Assembly: GCA_963707915.1 (NCBI GenBank)
Contig: OY970178.1
Span: 448,001-512,000, forward strand
Length of the DNA: 64,000 bases
Direction: 5' to 3'
Source of the DNA: Candidatus Eiseniibacteriota bacterium
Lineage (GTDB): Bacteria > Eisenbacteria > RBG-16-71-46
Below the pieces are notes generated by a model. That model was not told the origin of the DNA, made no database searches, and saw nothing but the letters and a program-made list of their open reading frames with translations. The translations under genes were made by a program, and so were the position numbers. Below are positions 16,609 to 27,701 of the stretch, piece by piece. How positions within the stretch are numbered: the stretch's first letter is position 1; each line of letters begins with the position of its first letter.

Positions 16609-18423
16609 ATGAGGCGCGCTGGCGGTGCGGAGGCGGGGAGGGCGCGCGCGTCCGTGGCGCTGGGCGTCCTGCTCTGCTGCGTCTGCGCCGCCGGGGACGG
16701 GCTCGCCGCCCAGGCGCCGGACACCTCCCGGGCACAGGTGAGCGCGCCCCGGTACTTCCCGCCGCTGGATCGCCCGCCGCTCGATCCTCCGCTGCGGCTC
16801 TCGGGCAGCTTCGGCGAGTACCGTCCCGGCCACTTCCACGCGGGGCTCGACTTCGCCACCGGGGAGCGTACCGGCCTGCCGGTCTATGCCTCCCTCGCCG
16901 GCCGCGTCGTGCGGGTCCGGGCCTCGGGGACCGGTTACGGCCGCTCGGTCTACCTCCAGTCGGACGACGGGCGGCTGCTGGTCTACGCGCACCTCGACGC
17001 GTTCGACGAGCCGCTGGCCTCGTACGTGTCGGCGGCGCAGGACTCGGCCGGCGAGTACGAACAGGACCTCTGGCCGGAGCCGGCGCGCTTCCCGGTGGAT
17101 TCCGGGCAGCGCCTGGGCTGGAGCGGCCGCAGCGGCACGGACGCGCCCCACCTGCACTTCGAGATCCGCCGCGGTGATGTCGCGTACAACCCCCTGCTGG
17201 CGGGCGTGAGCGTGGCGGACACGGTGGCGCCGCTCATCCCGCGGGTGGCGCTGGTGCCGGTGCGCTCGCGCGCCGACGCCTCGTGGGAGGGCCAGCCGGA
17301 GACGGTCGTGTGCACCGGGAAGGACACGGCGCTGATCACCGGTGAGGAGCGGCTCGTCGTCGAGGCGGTGGATGCGCGCGCCGATGGCCGGTTCACGATG
17401 GCGCCGTGGCGCATCGCGCTGGAGGGCGGCGGCATCGCCGTCGAGTGCCGCTTCGACAGCGTCTCCTGGGCCGAGGGGATGAGCGAGGTGGAGTTCGTCT
17501 ACGACCGCGGGCGCGCGCTGCCCGCCGGGCGCCACGCGGTCGTGCTCGGGGCGCCGCCCGGCTTCCGGCCGCACGTCCTGCGCGCCGGCGGGCCGATCGG
17601 GGCCGGGGCGGGGGGCGTGACGGTGCCATCGAGCGGCCGGCCCTTCACGGTGCGGCTGACCGCGCAGGACGTGGCGGGCAACGTGCGGACCGAGACGCTG
17701 GCGCTCGGGCCGGCGCCGGCCGGCGGGCGCGGCGCGACGGCGCCCCCGGGCACGTGGGTGGCGCCGGACTCGGCGGCGCAGGGCGGGATCGCGGGATTCG
17801 CCTGGAGCGTGACTGCGGGCACGCTGTTCGAGACCGTGCGCCTCTCGCTGGCCGACCTCGGGCACCCCGAGGCGCCGGAGGAACTCGAGGCCCGCAGCCA
17901 CGTGTTCGCACTGGGGCCGGCGCTGACGCCCCTGCGCGGGCCGATGCGCGTGGCGGTCGAGCCGCGCGGGGTGCGGCGCGGGCCGGCCGGGAGCGCGGAG
18001 ACGGCGGCGAGCGCGCTCTACCGCGATACCGGGAGCGGCTGGGAGATGCTGGGCGCGGACCGCGCGCTGCGGGCCGGCTGGATCGGCGCCGAGACGCGCG
18101 CGCTCGGGCGCTTCGCGCTGTTCCGCGACCGCAGCGCGCCGCGGGTGCGGCTCCTGCCGCCGGCGCGCGGAGCGGCGGCGGGACCGGGCGCGCGCTGGGC
18201 GCTCGAGGCGCGCGTCACCGAGGAGGGGAGCGGGGTGGACGCGCGCGCATCGGCGTTCGTCGTGGACGGGCGCCGGGTGCCGAGCGAATGGGACGCGGTC
18301 GAGGGCACGCTGCGCTGGCGGCCGGCGCGGAGGCCGTCGAGCGGGCGGCACGCGGTGGAGATCGTGGTCGCCGACCGGGCCGGAAACCTGCGCCGCCGGC
18401 ACGCGGACTTTGTGCTAGATTGA
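16609..18423 (+). CDS. M23-family metallopeptidase
   Basis: SFGEYRPGHFHAGLDF (HxxxD), GYGR, YAHL, PHLHFEIR (HxH); signal-like N-terminus from ATG 16609. Confidence 0.85.
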   Translation: MRRAGGAEAGRARASVALGVLLCCVCAAGDGLAAQAPDTSRAQVSAPRYFPPLDRPPLDPPLRLSGSFGEYRPGHFHAGLDFATGERTGLPVYASLAGRVVRVRASGTGYGRSVYLQSDDGRLLVYAHLDAFDEPLASYVSAAQDSAGEYEQDLWPEPARFPVDSGQRLGWSGRSGTDAPHLHFEIRRGDVAYNPLLAGVSVADTVAPLIPRVALVPVRSRADASWEGQPETVVCTGKDTALITGEERLVVEAVDARADGRFTMAPWRIALEGGGIAVECRFDSVSWAEGMSEVEFVYDRGRALPAGRHAVVLGAPPGFRPHVLRAGGPIGAGAGGVTVPSSGRPFTVRLTAQDVAGNVRTETLALGPAPAGGRGATAPPGTWVAPDSAAQGGIAGFAWSVTAGTLFETVRLSLADLGHPEAPEELEARSHVFALGPALTPLRGPMRVAVEPRGVRRGPAGSAETAASALYRDTGSGWEMLGADRALRAGWIGAETRALGRFALFRDRSAPRVRLLPPARGAAAGPGARWALEARVTEEGSGVDARASAFVVDGRRVPSEWDAVEGTLRWRPARRPSSGRHAVEIVVADRAGNLRRRHADFVLD

Positions 18424-18483
18424 GCGGCGAAGGGACTCGCGCGTGACCCGCGCGCCACGCATGACCCTCAGCCAGGGCGCGCA

Positions 18484-21400
18484 ATGAAGTTCGCCGAATT
18501 CGTCCACCTGCACAACCACAGCGACTACTCGCTGCTCGACGGCGCCATCACGGTCCAGGCGATGGTCGAGCGGGCGGCGCAGATGCACATGCCCGCGCTC
18601 GCCCTCACCGACCACGGCGCCATGTTCGGCGCGGTCGAGTTCTACCAGGCGGCGAGCAAGGCCGGGGTCAAGCCGATCGTCGGCATGGAGGCCTACGTCA
18701 CGCGCGGGCGGCGCACGGAGCGCACGCGCGAGACCGGGATGCACCACCTGGTCCTGCTGGCGCGCGACGAGACCGGCTTCCGCAACCTGATGCGGCTCTC
18801 CTCGCTCGCCTTCCTCGAGGGCTTCTACTACAAGCCCCGCGTGGACCACGAGCTCCTGGCGCAGCACTCGCAGGGGTTGCTGGCGCTCTCGGCCTGCCCG
18901 CAGGGCGAGGTGGCGGCCGACCTGCTGGCGGACGACGACGATGCGGCGGCGCGCACGGCGCTGCTCTACCGGGAGATGTTCGGCGCGGAGAACTACTTCC
19001 TCGAGATCATGAACCACGGGATCGAGATCGAGGACAAGATCCGCGGGAAGATGCGGGCGCTCTCCTCGCGCACCGGCATCCCGATGGTCGCGACCAACGA
19101 CAACCACTACCTGGAGCGCGACCACTGCGAGGCGCAGGAGGTCCTGCTCTGCATCCAGACCGGGAAGACGATGGACGACCCGAAACGGATGCGGAGCATC
19201 GAGAACCTGCACTTCCGCTCGCCCGAGGAGATGGCGCAGGCCTTCGCCGACTTCCCCGACGCGCTGCGCAACACGATCGCGGTGGCGGAGCGCTGCAACC
19301 TGCAGATGGCGTTCGGGCGGCCGCTGCTGCCGGCGTTCCCGCTGCCGCCGGGGGAGGGCAGCCCCGAGGAATACCTGCGCGGGCTCGCGTGGGCCGAGCT
19401 CGGGCCGCGCGTGCCCGAGGTCACGGAGGAGGTGCGCAAGCGCTTCGAGTACGAGCTCGACGTCATCTGCCGCATGGGCTTCGCCTCGTACTTCCTGATC
19501 GTGCGTGACTTCATCGCGTTCGCGCGCGCGCGCGGCATCGGCGTGGGGCCCGGGCGCGGCTCGGTCGCCGGCTCGCTGGTGGCCTACGCGCTCCACATCA
19601 CCGACATCAACCCGCTGGAGCACGGGCTCATCTTCGAGCGCTTCCTGAATCCCGAGCGCGTGACCATGCCCGACATCGACATCGACTTCGACGACCTGCG
19701 GCGCGGCGAGGTCATCGAGTACGTGAAACAGCGGTACGGCGAGGCGAACGTCACGCAGATCATCACCTTCGGCACCATGGGCGCGAAGGGCGTGCTGCGG
19801 GACGTCGGGCGCGCGCTGGGGATCGCCTTCGCGGACGTGGACCGGGTGGCGCGCATGGTGCCCGACGGGCTCGGGATGACGCTGGCGCGCGCGTTCGAGC
19901 TCTCGCCGGACCTCAAGAACCTGCCGCAGCGTGGCGAGCCGTACGCGCGGCTGCTCAAGAACGCGCGGGTGCTGGAGGGCATCGCCCGGCACGCCTCGAC
20001 GCACGCGGCGGGCGTGCTCATCACTCCGGGCGCGCTGCTCGACCACGTGCCGCTCTACCGGCAGAAGGACGAGTCGGTGACCACGCAGTGGGACATGAAG
20101 GCGGTCGAGAAGGTCGGCCTGCTGAAGATGGACTTCCTCGGACTGCGCACGCTCTCGGTGCTCGAGGAGGCGGTGCGGCTGATCGCCGAGAAGACCGGCG
20201 AGCGCCCCGACCTCTCCCGCCTGCCGCTGGACGACGCCCCGTCGTACGAGGTCTTCCAGAAGGCCGAGACGGTGGCGATCTTCCAGTTCGAGTCGGCCGG
20301 GATGCGCGACTACCTGCGCAAGCTCAAGCCCACGGTGTTCGAGGACCTGGTGGCGATGAACGCGCTCTACCGCCCCGGGCCGATGGAGAACATCCCGTAC
20401 TTCATCGACTGCAAGCACGGCCGGCAGGTGGTGCGCTACGAGCACCCAGCGCTCGAGCCGATCCTCCAGCGGACCTACGGTGTCTTCGTCTACCAGGAGC
20501 AGGTGATGGAGGCGGCCCACCGGCTCGCGGGCTTCTCGCTCGCCCAGGCGGACGAGCTGCGGCGGGCGATGGGCAAGAAGCTGATCGCCGAGATGGAGAA
20601 GAAGCAGAAGGCCTTCCTCGAGGGCTGCGCGAAGCACAGGATCCCCGCGCCGAAGGCGCTGAAGATCTTCCAGACCATGGAGAAGTTCGCGGGCTACGGC
20701 TTCAACGCCTCCCACAGCGCCGCCTACGCGCTGATCGCCTACCAGTGCGCGTGGCTCAAGGCGCACCACCCGGCGGAACTGATGGCCGCGACCCTGACCA
20801 GCGAGATGTCGGACTCCAGCCGGATCGTCACGCTCATCGCGGAGTGCCGCCACATGGGGATCGAGGTCCTGCCGCCCGACGTGAACCGGTCGCAGTGGCG
20901 CTTCTCGCTCGAGGACGGCAGCATCCGCATGGGCCTCGGCGCGGTGCGGAACGTGGGGCAGGCCGCCGTCGAGGGCCTGGTGGCGGCCCGCGAGCGGGCC
21001 GCCGGGCAGGACGCGGAAGCGGCGCCGGGCGGGCCGTTCCGCGACCTCTTCGACCTGGCGCAGCGCGTGGACATCCGCACGCTGAACCGCCGCGTGCTCG
21101 AGAGCCTGGTGGCGGCGGGCGCCTGCGACGGCCTGGGGGCCGAGCGCGGACGGATGTTCGCCGGCGCGGGCCGGGCGCTCGACCAGGCGGCGGCGCTGCA
21201 CCGCGACCGCGAGCGCGGGCAGTCCTCGCTGTTCGGCGACGAGGGCCGCTCGGTCGGGGTGGTGGCGGCCCCGGACCTGCCGGCTGCGCCGGCCTGGTCG
21301 AGCCGCGAGCGGAGCGCCCGGGAGAAGGAGGTGCTGGGCCTGTACCTCTCGGAGCACCCGCTCGAGCCGTTGCGGGCCGAGCTCGGGCGGCTCGCCACCC

Positions 21401-21945
21401 ACGCGGTGGGCGACCTGCTGCAGCTCCCGCACGGCAGCGAGGTGCGGGTGGGCGGCCTCATCGGCGAGGTGCGCACGATCAATACGCGCGCCGGGAAGCT
21501 CATGGCCGCGGTGACGATCGAGGACCTGACCGGGCGGATCGAGGGTACGATGTTCCCGGACCTCTACGAGTCCTCGCGCGGCTGGCTGGTGGCGGACGAG
21601 ATCGTGGTGGTCTCCGGGCGGATCGAGACGCGGGACGACCGGGGCGCGAAGCTGCTGCTGACCGAGGTGCGCCGCCTCGACGAGGCCCGCGCGGCCTGGG
21701 CGCCGTGCCTGCACGTCGAGGTGCGGGCGGAGGACATCTCGGTGAAGTGGCTGGAAGAGGTGGACGAAGTGCTGTCATCCTGCCCGGGCAGTTCGGAGGT
21801 CTACCTGCACGTCATCATGCCGGACTTCTCGCGCAAGGCGAGGCGATCGCGGCGGTATCGCGTCGCGGAGGACAGCCCGGTGGCCGACGCGTTGCGGCAC
21901 CGGTTCCCGGGCCTGCGCGCGTTCTGGGGAAAGGGGGCGTCGTGA
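18484..21945 (+). CDS. dnaE: DNA polymerase III alpha subunit
   Basis: HLHNHSDYSLLDG, GPGRGS, FERFLNPER, MPDIDIDF, HAAG, KMDFLGL, FAGYGFN.SH, OB fold. Confidence 0.97.
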   Translation: MKFAEFVHLHNHSDYSLLDGAITVQAMVERAAQMHMPALALTDHGAMFGAVEFYQAASKAGVKPIVGMEAYVTRGRRTERTRETGMHHLVLLARDETGFRNLMRLSSLAFLEGFYYKPRVDHELLAQHSQGLLALSACPQGEVAADLLADDDDAAARTALLYREMFGAENYFLEIMNHGIEIEDKIRGKMRALSSRTGIPMVATNDNHYLERDHCEAQEVLLCIQTGKTMDDPKRMRSIENLHFRSPEEMAQAFADFPDALRNTIAVAERCNLQMAFGRPLLPAFPLPPGEGSPEEYLRGLAWAELGPRVPEVTEEVRKRFEYELDVICRMGFASYFLIVRDFIAFARARGIGVGPGRGSVAGSLVAYALHITDINPLEHGLIFERFLNPERVTMPDIDIDFDDLRRGEVIEYVKQRYGEANVTQIITFGTMGAKGVLRDVGRALGIAFADVDRVARMVPDGLGMTLARAFELSPDLKNLPQRGEPYARLLKNARVLEGIARHASTHAAGVLITPGALLDHVPLYRQKDESVTTQWDMKAVEKVGLLKMDFLGLRTLSVLEEAVRLIAEKTGERPDLSRLPLDDAPSYEVFQKAETVAIFQFESAGMRDYLRKLKPTVFEDLVAMNALYRPGPMENIPYFIDCKHGRQVVRYEHPALEPILQRTYGVFVYQEQVMEAAHRLAGFSLAQADELRRAMGKKLIAEMEKKQKAFLEGCAKHRIPAPKALKIFQTMEKFAGYGFNASHSAAYALIAYQCAWLKAHHPAELMAATLTSEMSDSSRIVTLIAECRHMGIEVLPPDVNRSQWRFSLEDGSIRMGLGAVRNVGQAAVEGLVAARERAAGQDAEAAPGGPFRDLFDLAQRVDIRTLNRRVLESLVAAGACDGLGAERGRMFAGAGRALDQAAALHRDRERGQSSLFGDEGRSVGVVAAPDLPAAPAWSSRERSAREKEVLGLYLSEHPLEPLRAELGRLATHAVGDLLQLPHGSEVRVGGLIGEVRTINTRAGKLMAAVTIEDLTGRIEGTMFPDLYESSRGWLVADEIVVVSGRIETRDDRGAKLLLTEVRRLDEARAAWAPCLHVEVRAEDISVKWLEEVDEVLSSCPGSSEVYLHVIMPDFSRKARRSRRYRVAEDSPVADALRHRFPGLRAFWGKGAS

Positions 21946-22904
21946 CGACCACGCTGGGATTCGAGAAGCCGGTGCTCGAGCTGGAGCAGCGGATCCAGGA
22001 ACTCAAGACGCGCGCCGCGGACAGCGGGCTGGAGGTGGGCGCCGAACTGGCGGAGCTCGAGCGCAAGGCGGACGCGCTGCGGCGCGAGATCTACGCCGGG
22101 CTCACGCCGTTCCAGCGGGTGCAGCTGGCGAAGCACCCCCGGCGCCCGTTCAGCCTCGACTACATCCAGGCCTGCTTCAGCGACTGGATGGAGCTGGCCG
22201 GGGACCGGCACTACGCCGACGACCCGGCGATGATGACGGGGCTCGCGCTGCTGGACGGGCGCCCGGTCATGCTCGTGGCGCAGCAGAAGGGGCGCGACAC
22301 GAAGGAGAACCTGTATCGCCGCTTCGGCATGTCGAATCCCGAGGGGTACCGCAAGGCGCTTCGCGTGATGAAGCTGGCCGAGCGCTTCGGGGTGCCGGTG
22401 ATCACGCTGGTGGACACGCCCGGGGCCTTCCCCGGGCTGGGCGCGGAGGAGCGCGGCCAGGCCGAGGCGATCGCGGTCAACCTGCGCGAGATGGCGCGCC
22501 TGCGCGTGCCGATCGTCACCGTCGTCATCGGCGAGGGCGGCTCGGGCGGGGCGCTGGGCATCGCCGTGGCGAACGTGGTGCTGATGTTCGAGAACTCGAT
22601 CTACTCGGTGATCTCGCCCGAGGGCTGCGCGGCGATCCTGTGGCGCGACCGGGCGCGCTCCGCCGACGCGGCGGAGGCGCTGAAGCTCACCGCCACCGAC
22701 CTGGTCCAGCTCGAGGTGGTGGAGGGCGTGCTGCCGGAGCCGCTGGGCGGGGCGCACCGCGACCCGGCGGCGGCGGCCGCCACGCTCAAGGCCGCGCTGA
22801 TCGAGCAACTGGATCGCCTGGCGTCGCTGAGCCCGGATCAACTCGTCGACCAGCGCCTGGCGCGATACCGGCGGATGGGGGTCTATCGGGACGACCGCGT
22901 TTGA
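21942..22904 (+). CDS. accA: Acetyl-CoA carboxylase carboxyltransferase alpha subunit
   Basis: GTG overlaps the dnaE stop; FEKPV.ELE, KGRDTKEN, PEGYRKA, DTPGA, GEGGSGGAL, YSVISPEGCA. Confidence 0.96.
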   Translation: MTTTLGFEKPVLELEQRIQELKTRAADSGLEVGAELAELERKADALRREIYAGLTPFQRVQLAKHPRRPFSLDYIQACFSDWMELAGDRHYADDPAMMTGLALLDGRPVMLVAQQKGRDTKENLYRRFGMSNPEGYRKALRVMKLAERFGVPVITLVDTPGAFPGLGAEERGQAEAIAVNLREMARLRVPIVTVVIGEGGSGGALGIAVANVVLMFENSIYSVISPEGCAAILWRDRARSADAAEALKLTATDLVQLEVVEGVLPEPLGGAHRDPAAAAATLKAALIEQLDRLASLSPDQLVDQRLARYRRMGVYRDDRV

Positions 22905-22930
22905 CCGGCGGAAAACGCGGTTGCTAGACT
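22901..22930 (+). promoter_or_regulatory. Candidate sigma70-type promoter for the Trm112/porU cluster
   Basis: TTGACC-N18-TAGACT with TG extended -10. Confidence 0.5.
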
Positions 22931-23070
22931 GACGACACGCTGCGCCGACGCGATGGCCGGGGCCGCGCGGATGCTCCGGGCCGCACCGGGAGGACGACCG
23001 GCTCCCGCGATCGGGCGGCGCGCCTCCCGGGCGCAGTCCACGACGACAACGCGATCGACCGAGGGAACCG

Positions 23071-23238
23071 ATGCCGCTCAGTCCCGAACTGCTCAGCATC
23101 CTGGTGTGCCCCGCGTGCAAGGGCGACCTGGTCTACGAAGAGAGCCTGCAGCGCCTGACCTGCAACGCCTGCCGGTTGCGCTACCGCATCGTGGACGACA
23201 TCCCGGTGATGCTGGTCGAGGAAGCGGAGAAGTTCTGA
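23071..23238 (+). CDS. Trm112-family (YcaR-like) small protein, not in the ORF track
   Basis: [20 protein letters not shown]...[34 protein letters not shown]. Confidence 0.9.
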   Translation: MPLSPELLSILVCPACKGDLVYEESLQRLTCNACRLRYRIVDDIPVMLVEEAEKF

Positions 23239-23279
23239 CCACCCCTGGCGGTACGCCTCCCGGGGCCCGGCGCCGCGCC

Positions 23280-26200
23280 GTGTCCGGCCCGGGCCTGCTC
23301 GCGCTCGCGCTGCTGATCGGCGCCGGGGCGCCGGGCAGCGCGGTCGCGCAGTTCCAGGGCGTGAAGCTCGCGGCTGCCGGCGACGCCACGATCCGCTTCG
23401 AGCTGGCCGTGCCCGCACCCCGGTTCGAGGCCGTGCCGTCCGCGGACGGCACCGGGGCCGCCACGCGGCTCGTCCTCGACGGTCACGAGAGCGGCGTGGG
23501 GGCGGGGGACCGCGCGCTGCCGGGGCGTATCGTGGTCGTGGCGGTGCCGCCGCTGGGGGACGTCCGGGTGAGCGCGGTCGGTGGCGAGCCCGAGGTCCAC
23601 GAGGCGTTCCGGCTCGCGCCCGTGCCCGGCGCGCCGTCCGGCCCCGCGGCCGCCGGCGGCGGGGTGCGCGCGGAACTGCTGGGCGTGGGCTGGCTGCGCA
23701 ACCAGCGCATCGCACGGATCGCCGTCCACCCGGCCGACTACGACGCGGGCTCGCGCCGCCTCGTGGTCTACCGGCGCGTCGAGGTCACGGTCGCGGTCGA
23801 TCCGGCGGGCGACCTCGGCCCGCCGGCCGAGAGCCCGGACCCGTTCGAGGAGGTCTACCGGGGCGCGTTGCTCAACTACGAGCAGGGGCGAGGCTGGCGC
23901 CGGCCCGCGACCCGCCGGCTGCTCGCGGGCGCGGCCCTGCGGCCGGAACGGCTCGCCGCCTTCGCGGCCGCGGTGCCGGAGACCAGCATCTACGTCGGCC
24001 GGCAGTGGATCAAGATCGCGGTGCAGCAGAGCGGGTTCTACAAGGTGGAATACCGGCTGGTGCGGAACCTGTCGCTGTTCTCCGGCGACGTCGACGTGGA
24101 CGCCTCCGCGCCGCTCGACAGCCTGCGGCTGTTCAACTGGCCGGGAGTCCCGGTGCTCCCGGTGGACTCCTACTGCGACAGTTGCGACTACCGCGAGGTG
24201 GCCATCGCCTTCCAGGACGACGGCGACGGGCGCTTCGGGACCAACACCGACGCGTTCTACTTCTTCGCCATGGGGCCGAGCGACTGGGCCAGCCTCTACG
24301 ACGCGTCGAGACCGGAATCGATCTTCGTCGACCATCCGTACGAGACCAACAACTACTACTACCTGGCCCGCTCCACCCCCGAGGCGCCGATGGGCGGGAC
24401 GCCGATGCGGATCGCGTCCGTGAACGGCACCATCACCGACCCGTCGCTGTCCGCGTCCACCCCGGTCACCTTCCCCGCCCGCGGCCACTTCGAACAGGAC
24501 CTGGAGTACTGGCCCAACGCGTCGCCGCTCTACTCGATCAACGACCGGGCACGCTTCTGGGAGAAGTGGTTCTGGCAGGGCGTCTCCCCGGGCGGGAGTT
24601 CCACCGCCGTGCCGCCGGTGGACCTGCCGGGCGCCGACGTTGCGCAACCGTTCCGCCTGCGCGCGCTGGCCTGGGGCCTCAACGCGCCCGACGACTACCC
24701 CCTGCACGCCGTGTCGGCCGACTTCAACGGCCTGAGCCTCGAGCCGGCGCCGCGGGTGTTCTACGGGATGCTCGAGCAGGTCTACGACGTCACGCTCGCG
24801 AACCTGCAGACCGCCGGGAACCAGTTCATGATGCGGGTGCCGACGACGGTGAGCCAGAAGACCGGGCTGGCCTGGTACGACCTCTATTACCGGCGGGCCT
24901 TCCAGCCGGTGGGCGAGTGCCTCGCCTTCGACACGCCGGCGGGTGGGAACGGCGGCGTCATCTACCGTCTCGGACCGTTCGCTCACGCTGCGCCGCCATT
25001 CGTCTTCGACGTCACCGACCCGGTCCGGCCGGTGCAGGTGTTCATCCCCGTGGACACCACGCAGTACGCGCCGCGCCCGGACGGGTACTACCTGAGCTTC
25101 CAGGTCGTGGAGACGTCCCGGCGGCGCTACCGGGTGGTCGGCACGGACAGCATCACCTCGGTGCCGCAGCCGAACATCCTGGAGGCGCCGCTCACGAGCT
25201 TCGAGAACCTGCGATCCTTCACCGAGCGGGCGGACTACATCATCATCTACTACGACGGCTTCCGTGCCGCCGCCGACTCCCTGGCGGCGTGGCGGCGGGA
25301 GCACCTGCCCCTGGCGGGCGCGACGGCGCCGTTCATGGCGAAGACGGTGCCGATCTCGGCGCTGTACGACCAGTTCTCGGGCGGGCGCACGGACCCGGCG
25401 GCCATCCGCAACTTCCTGCGCGCGGCCTTCTACAACTGGAACGGGGGCGGCGATCCGCGTCGGCCCTCCTTCGTGACGCTGCTCGGGGACGCCTCCTACG
25501 ACTTCAAGAACATCACCGGCCGGGCGCCGGCGGGCCAGCCCGGTTGCCTGGTGCCGACCTACGAGGACAACTTCGACTACGGCGTGATGCGGCAGTTCGT
25601 CACCGACGACTGGATGCTCAACGTGGACTCCGCCGCGGTCGTGATCCCCGACTTCAACGGCGGGCGCCTGCCGGTCGGGGACCCGGCCACGGCGCTCGCG
25701 GTGGTCGTGGGCAAGGTGCTGGCCCACGAGCGCAGCTCGCCGCTCGGAGAGTGGCGCAACCGGCTCATGCTGATCGCGGACGACGACATGCAGGGAGCGA
25801 AGCCGGACCCGCTGCTCTGGACGCACCTGAAGCAGACCATGCGCCTGGACGCCTGGTTCACGCCCCCGCACATCGACCGGGAGTACGTCTACCTGCACAC
25901 CTATCCGACCGGTCCCGGGGCCAGCAAGCCGGGCGCCAAGGCGGCGATCCGCCAGGGGATCAACGACGGCGTGTCGCTGGTGAACTTCGTGGGGCACGGC
26001 AGCCCGTTCCAGCTCGCCGACGAGCGGGTGATGCTCGACAGCGACGTCGGTGCGCTGACGAACGCGCCGCGCTTCACGGTGCTGGTCGCGGCGTCCTGCG
26101 ACGTGGGGAAGTTCAGCGATCCGACGGTGCAGAGCCTGGGCGAGCGGCTCATCACCAGCACCGCCGGGGGCGCGGTCGGGGTCATCTCGGCGACCGAGCT

Positions 26201-27518
26201 CTCGTTCAGCGGGCAGAACGCGACGTTGAACCAGGACGTCTACCGGCAGCTGTTCTCGCGCGACACGATTTGCCAGTACCACACGCCGCTCTCGGCGGCC
26301 CTGCTGGCGACCAAGACCGGCGCGGTCAACCCGCAGAAGTACCAGCTCATGGGCGACGGGGCGACCCAGATGGCGCTGCCGCGGCTGTGGGTGGACATCG
26401 CGGTGGTGGACTCGACCGGGGCGCCGCTGACCGCGGTGAAGCGCGGACGGACGCTGGCCTTCCGGGGGCGCGTGCTGACCTGCCCGGGCGGCGGGGCGGT
26501 GCCCCTCGACGGCGTGGTGCGGCTGCTGATCGAGGACTCCCAGCCGATCGATTCGGTGATGACCGACGTGGTCTACGAGGGCGAACGCTACGTGGACTCG
26601 ACCCACTACTACTACCGGGCCGGCGCCATCTATCGCGGCGACGTGGGAGTGGCGAACGGCGAGTTCCACGGCCGCTTCGTGGTGCCGATGGAGGCGCGCG
26701 AGGGCGACCGGGGCCGCCTGCGGGCCTACGTCCAGGGGCGTGCGGCGGGCGAGGGCTTCGACACCGACGGCGTCGGGTTCTCGGCCACCGCGGTGGACTC
26801 GGGCGCGGCGCCGCCGGGCGACGTCACGGGGCCGCGGATCGGGCTCTCGTTCGTGGGAGGGGCGACCTCGGTGCGGGCCGACGCGGTCCTCCAGGTGGAC
26901 CTGTACGACGAGAACGGCATCCTCACCACGGACCACTCGCCGCGGAACGGCATCATCGTGACGGTGGACGACAACAGCGCGAGCCGCGTGGACATCACGG
27001 AGTCCTTCCGCTACGCGGCCGACTCCTACCAGTCGGGCCGGGCGACCTTCCAGCTCCCCGACCTGGCGGCGGGGCCGCACAAGGTCGGCGTGAGCGCCGC
27101 CGACAACCAGGCCGCGGGCCTGGGCGCCGGGCTCCACCGCTCGGAGGCCAGCCTCGACTTCATCGTGGTGGATCAGCCGAACCTGAGGATCACGAGGGCC
27201 CGGTTGTTCCCCAACCCGACCCAGTCCCGCGCGGACGGCGGCGGCGGCGGGCAATTCGTGGTGGACGCGCCCGGCGACTCGGTCAACACCCTGCTGCGCA
27301 TCTACACGGCTTCGGGCCGGCTCATCCGCACGCTCACCGTGTTCGGCGGGCTGGAGCAGGTGCAGGTGCCATGGGACGGACTGGACGAGGAGGGCGATCC
27401 GTTGGCCAATGGCGTCTACTTCTTCCGGGTGCACATCAACCCGCGGGATCCGGATGGCAGGAGCAGCCCGAGCCAGAAGGCCCACGCCGACGGACGTTTC
27501 GTCATTGTTAACCGGTGA
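23280..27518 (+). CDS. porU: PorU-like C25 (gingipain-family) peptidase/sortase with C-terminal FlgD-Ig/CTD; start approximate
   Basis: Signal peptide from GTG 23280; WIKIAVQQSGFYKV, LYDQFSGG..DP.AIRNFL, LLGDASYD, NFVGHG (His), ASCDVGKF (Cys), DENGI, FPNP...WDGLDEEGD.LANGVYF; directly upstream of a PorV-like gene. Confidence 0.8.
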   Translation: MSGPGLLALALLIGAGAPGSAVAQFQGVKLAAAGDATIRFELAVPAPRFEAVPSADGTGAATRLVLDGHESGVGAGDRALPGRIVVVAVPPLGDVRVSAVGGEPEVHEAFRLAPVPGAPSGPAAAGGGVRAELLGVGWLRNQRIARIAVHPADYDAGSRRLVVYRRVEVTVAVDPAGDLGPPAESPDPFEEVYRGALLNYEQGRGWRRPATRRLLAGAALRPERLAAFAAAVPETSIYVGRQWIKIAVQQSGFYKVEYRLVRNLSLFSGDVDVDASAPLDSLRLFNWPGVPVLPVDSYCDSCDYREVAIAFQDDGDGRFGTNTDAFYFFAMGPSDWASLYDASRPESIFVDHPYETNNYYYLARSTPEAPMGGTPMRIASVNGTITDPSLSASTPVTFPARGHFEQDLEYWPNASPLYSINDRARFWEKWFWQGVSPGGSSTAVPPVDLPGADVAQPFRLRALAWGLNAPDDYPLHAVSADFNGLSLEPAPRVFYGMLEQVYDVTLANLQTAGNQFMMRVPTTVSQKTGLAWYDLYYRRAFQPVGECLAFDTPAGGNGGVIYRLGPFAHAAPPFVFDVTDPVRPVQVFIPVDTTQYAPRPDGYYLSFQVVETSRRRYRVVGTDSITSVPQPNILEAPLTSFENLRSFTERADYIIIYYDGFRAAADSLAAWRREHLPLAGATAPFMAKTVPISALYDQFSGGRTDPAAIRNFLRAAFYNWNGGGDPRRPSFVTLLGDASYDFKNITGRAPAGQPGCLVPTYEDNFDYGVMRQFVTDDWMLNVDSAAVVIPDFNGGRLPVGDPATALAVVVGKVLAHERSSPLGEWRNRLMLIADDDMQGAKPDPLLWTHLKQTMRLDAWFTPPHIDREYVYLHTYPTGPGASKPGAKAAIRQGINDGVSLVNFVGHGSPFQLADERVMLDSDVGALTNAPRFTVLVAASCDVGKFSDPTVQSLGERLITSTAGGAVGVISATELSFSGQNATLNQDVYRQLFSRDTICQYHTPLSAALLATKTGAVNPQKYQLMGDGATQMALPRLWVDIAVVDSTGAPLTAVKRGRTLAFRGRVLTCPGGGAVPLDGVVRLLIEDSQPIDSVMTDVVYEGERYVDSTHYYYRAGAIYRGDVGVANGEFHGRFVVPMEAREGDRGRLRAYVQGRAAGEGFDTDGVGFSATAVDSGAAPPGDVTGPRIGLSFVGGATSVRADAVLQVDLYDENGILTTDHSPRNGIIVTVDDNSASRVDITESFRYAADSYQSGRATFQLPDLAAGPHKVGVSAADNQAAGLGAGLHRSEASLDFIVVDQPNLRITRARLFPNPTQSRADGGGGGQFVVDAPGDSVNTLLRIYTASGRLIRTLTVFGGLEQVQVPWDGLDEEGDPLANGVYFFRVHINPRDPDGRSSPSQKAHADGRFVIVNR

Positions 27519-27701
27519 CGTGCCCGCCCTGCCGGCCCATCCGGGGGGCTGGCAAAGGGTTCGGGTCGGTGGAACGGGGCGCTCGTCGATCGGCCGGGCT
27601 CCCTGGTCCGAAATGCGTGGAACGTTCGGCGGGGCTCTAGTGTAGTATGTTGGACCGCTCGCGCGGGGGGACTGACCGTACTGACGGAGGAAGAACCCAA
27701 A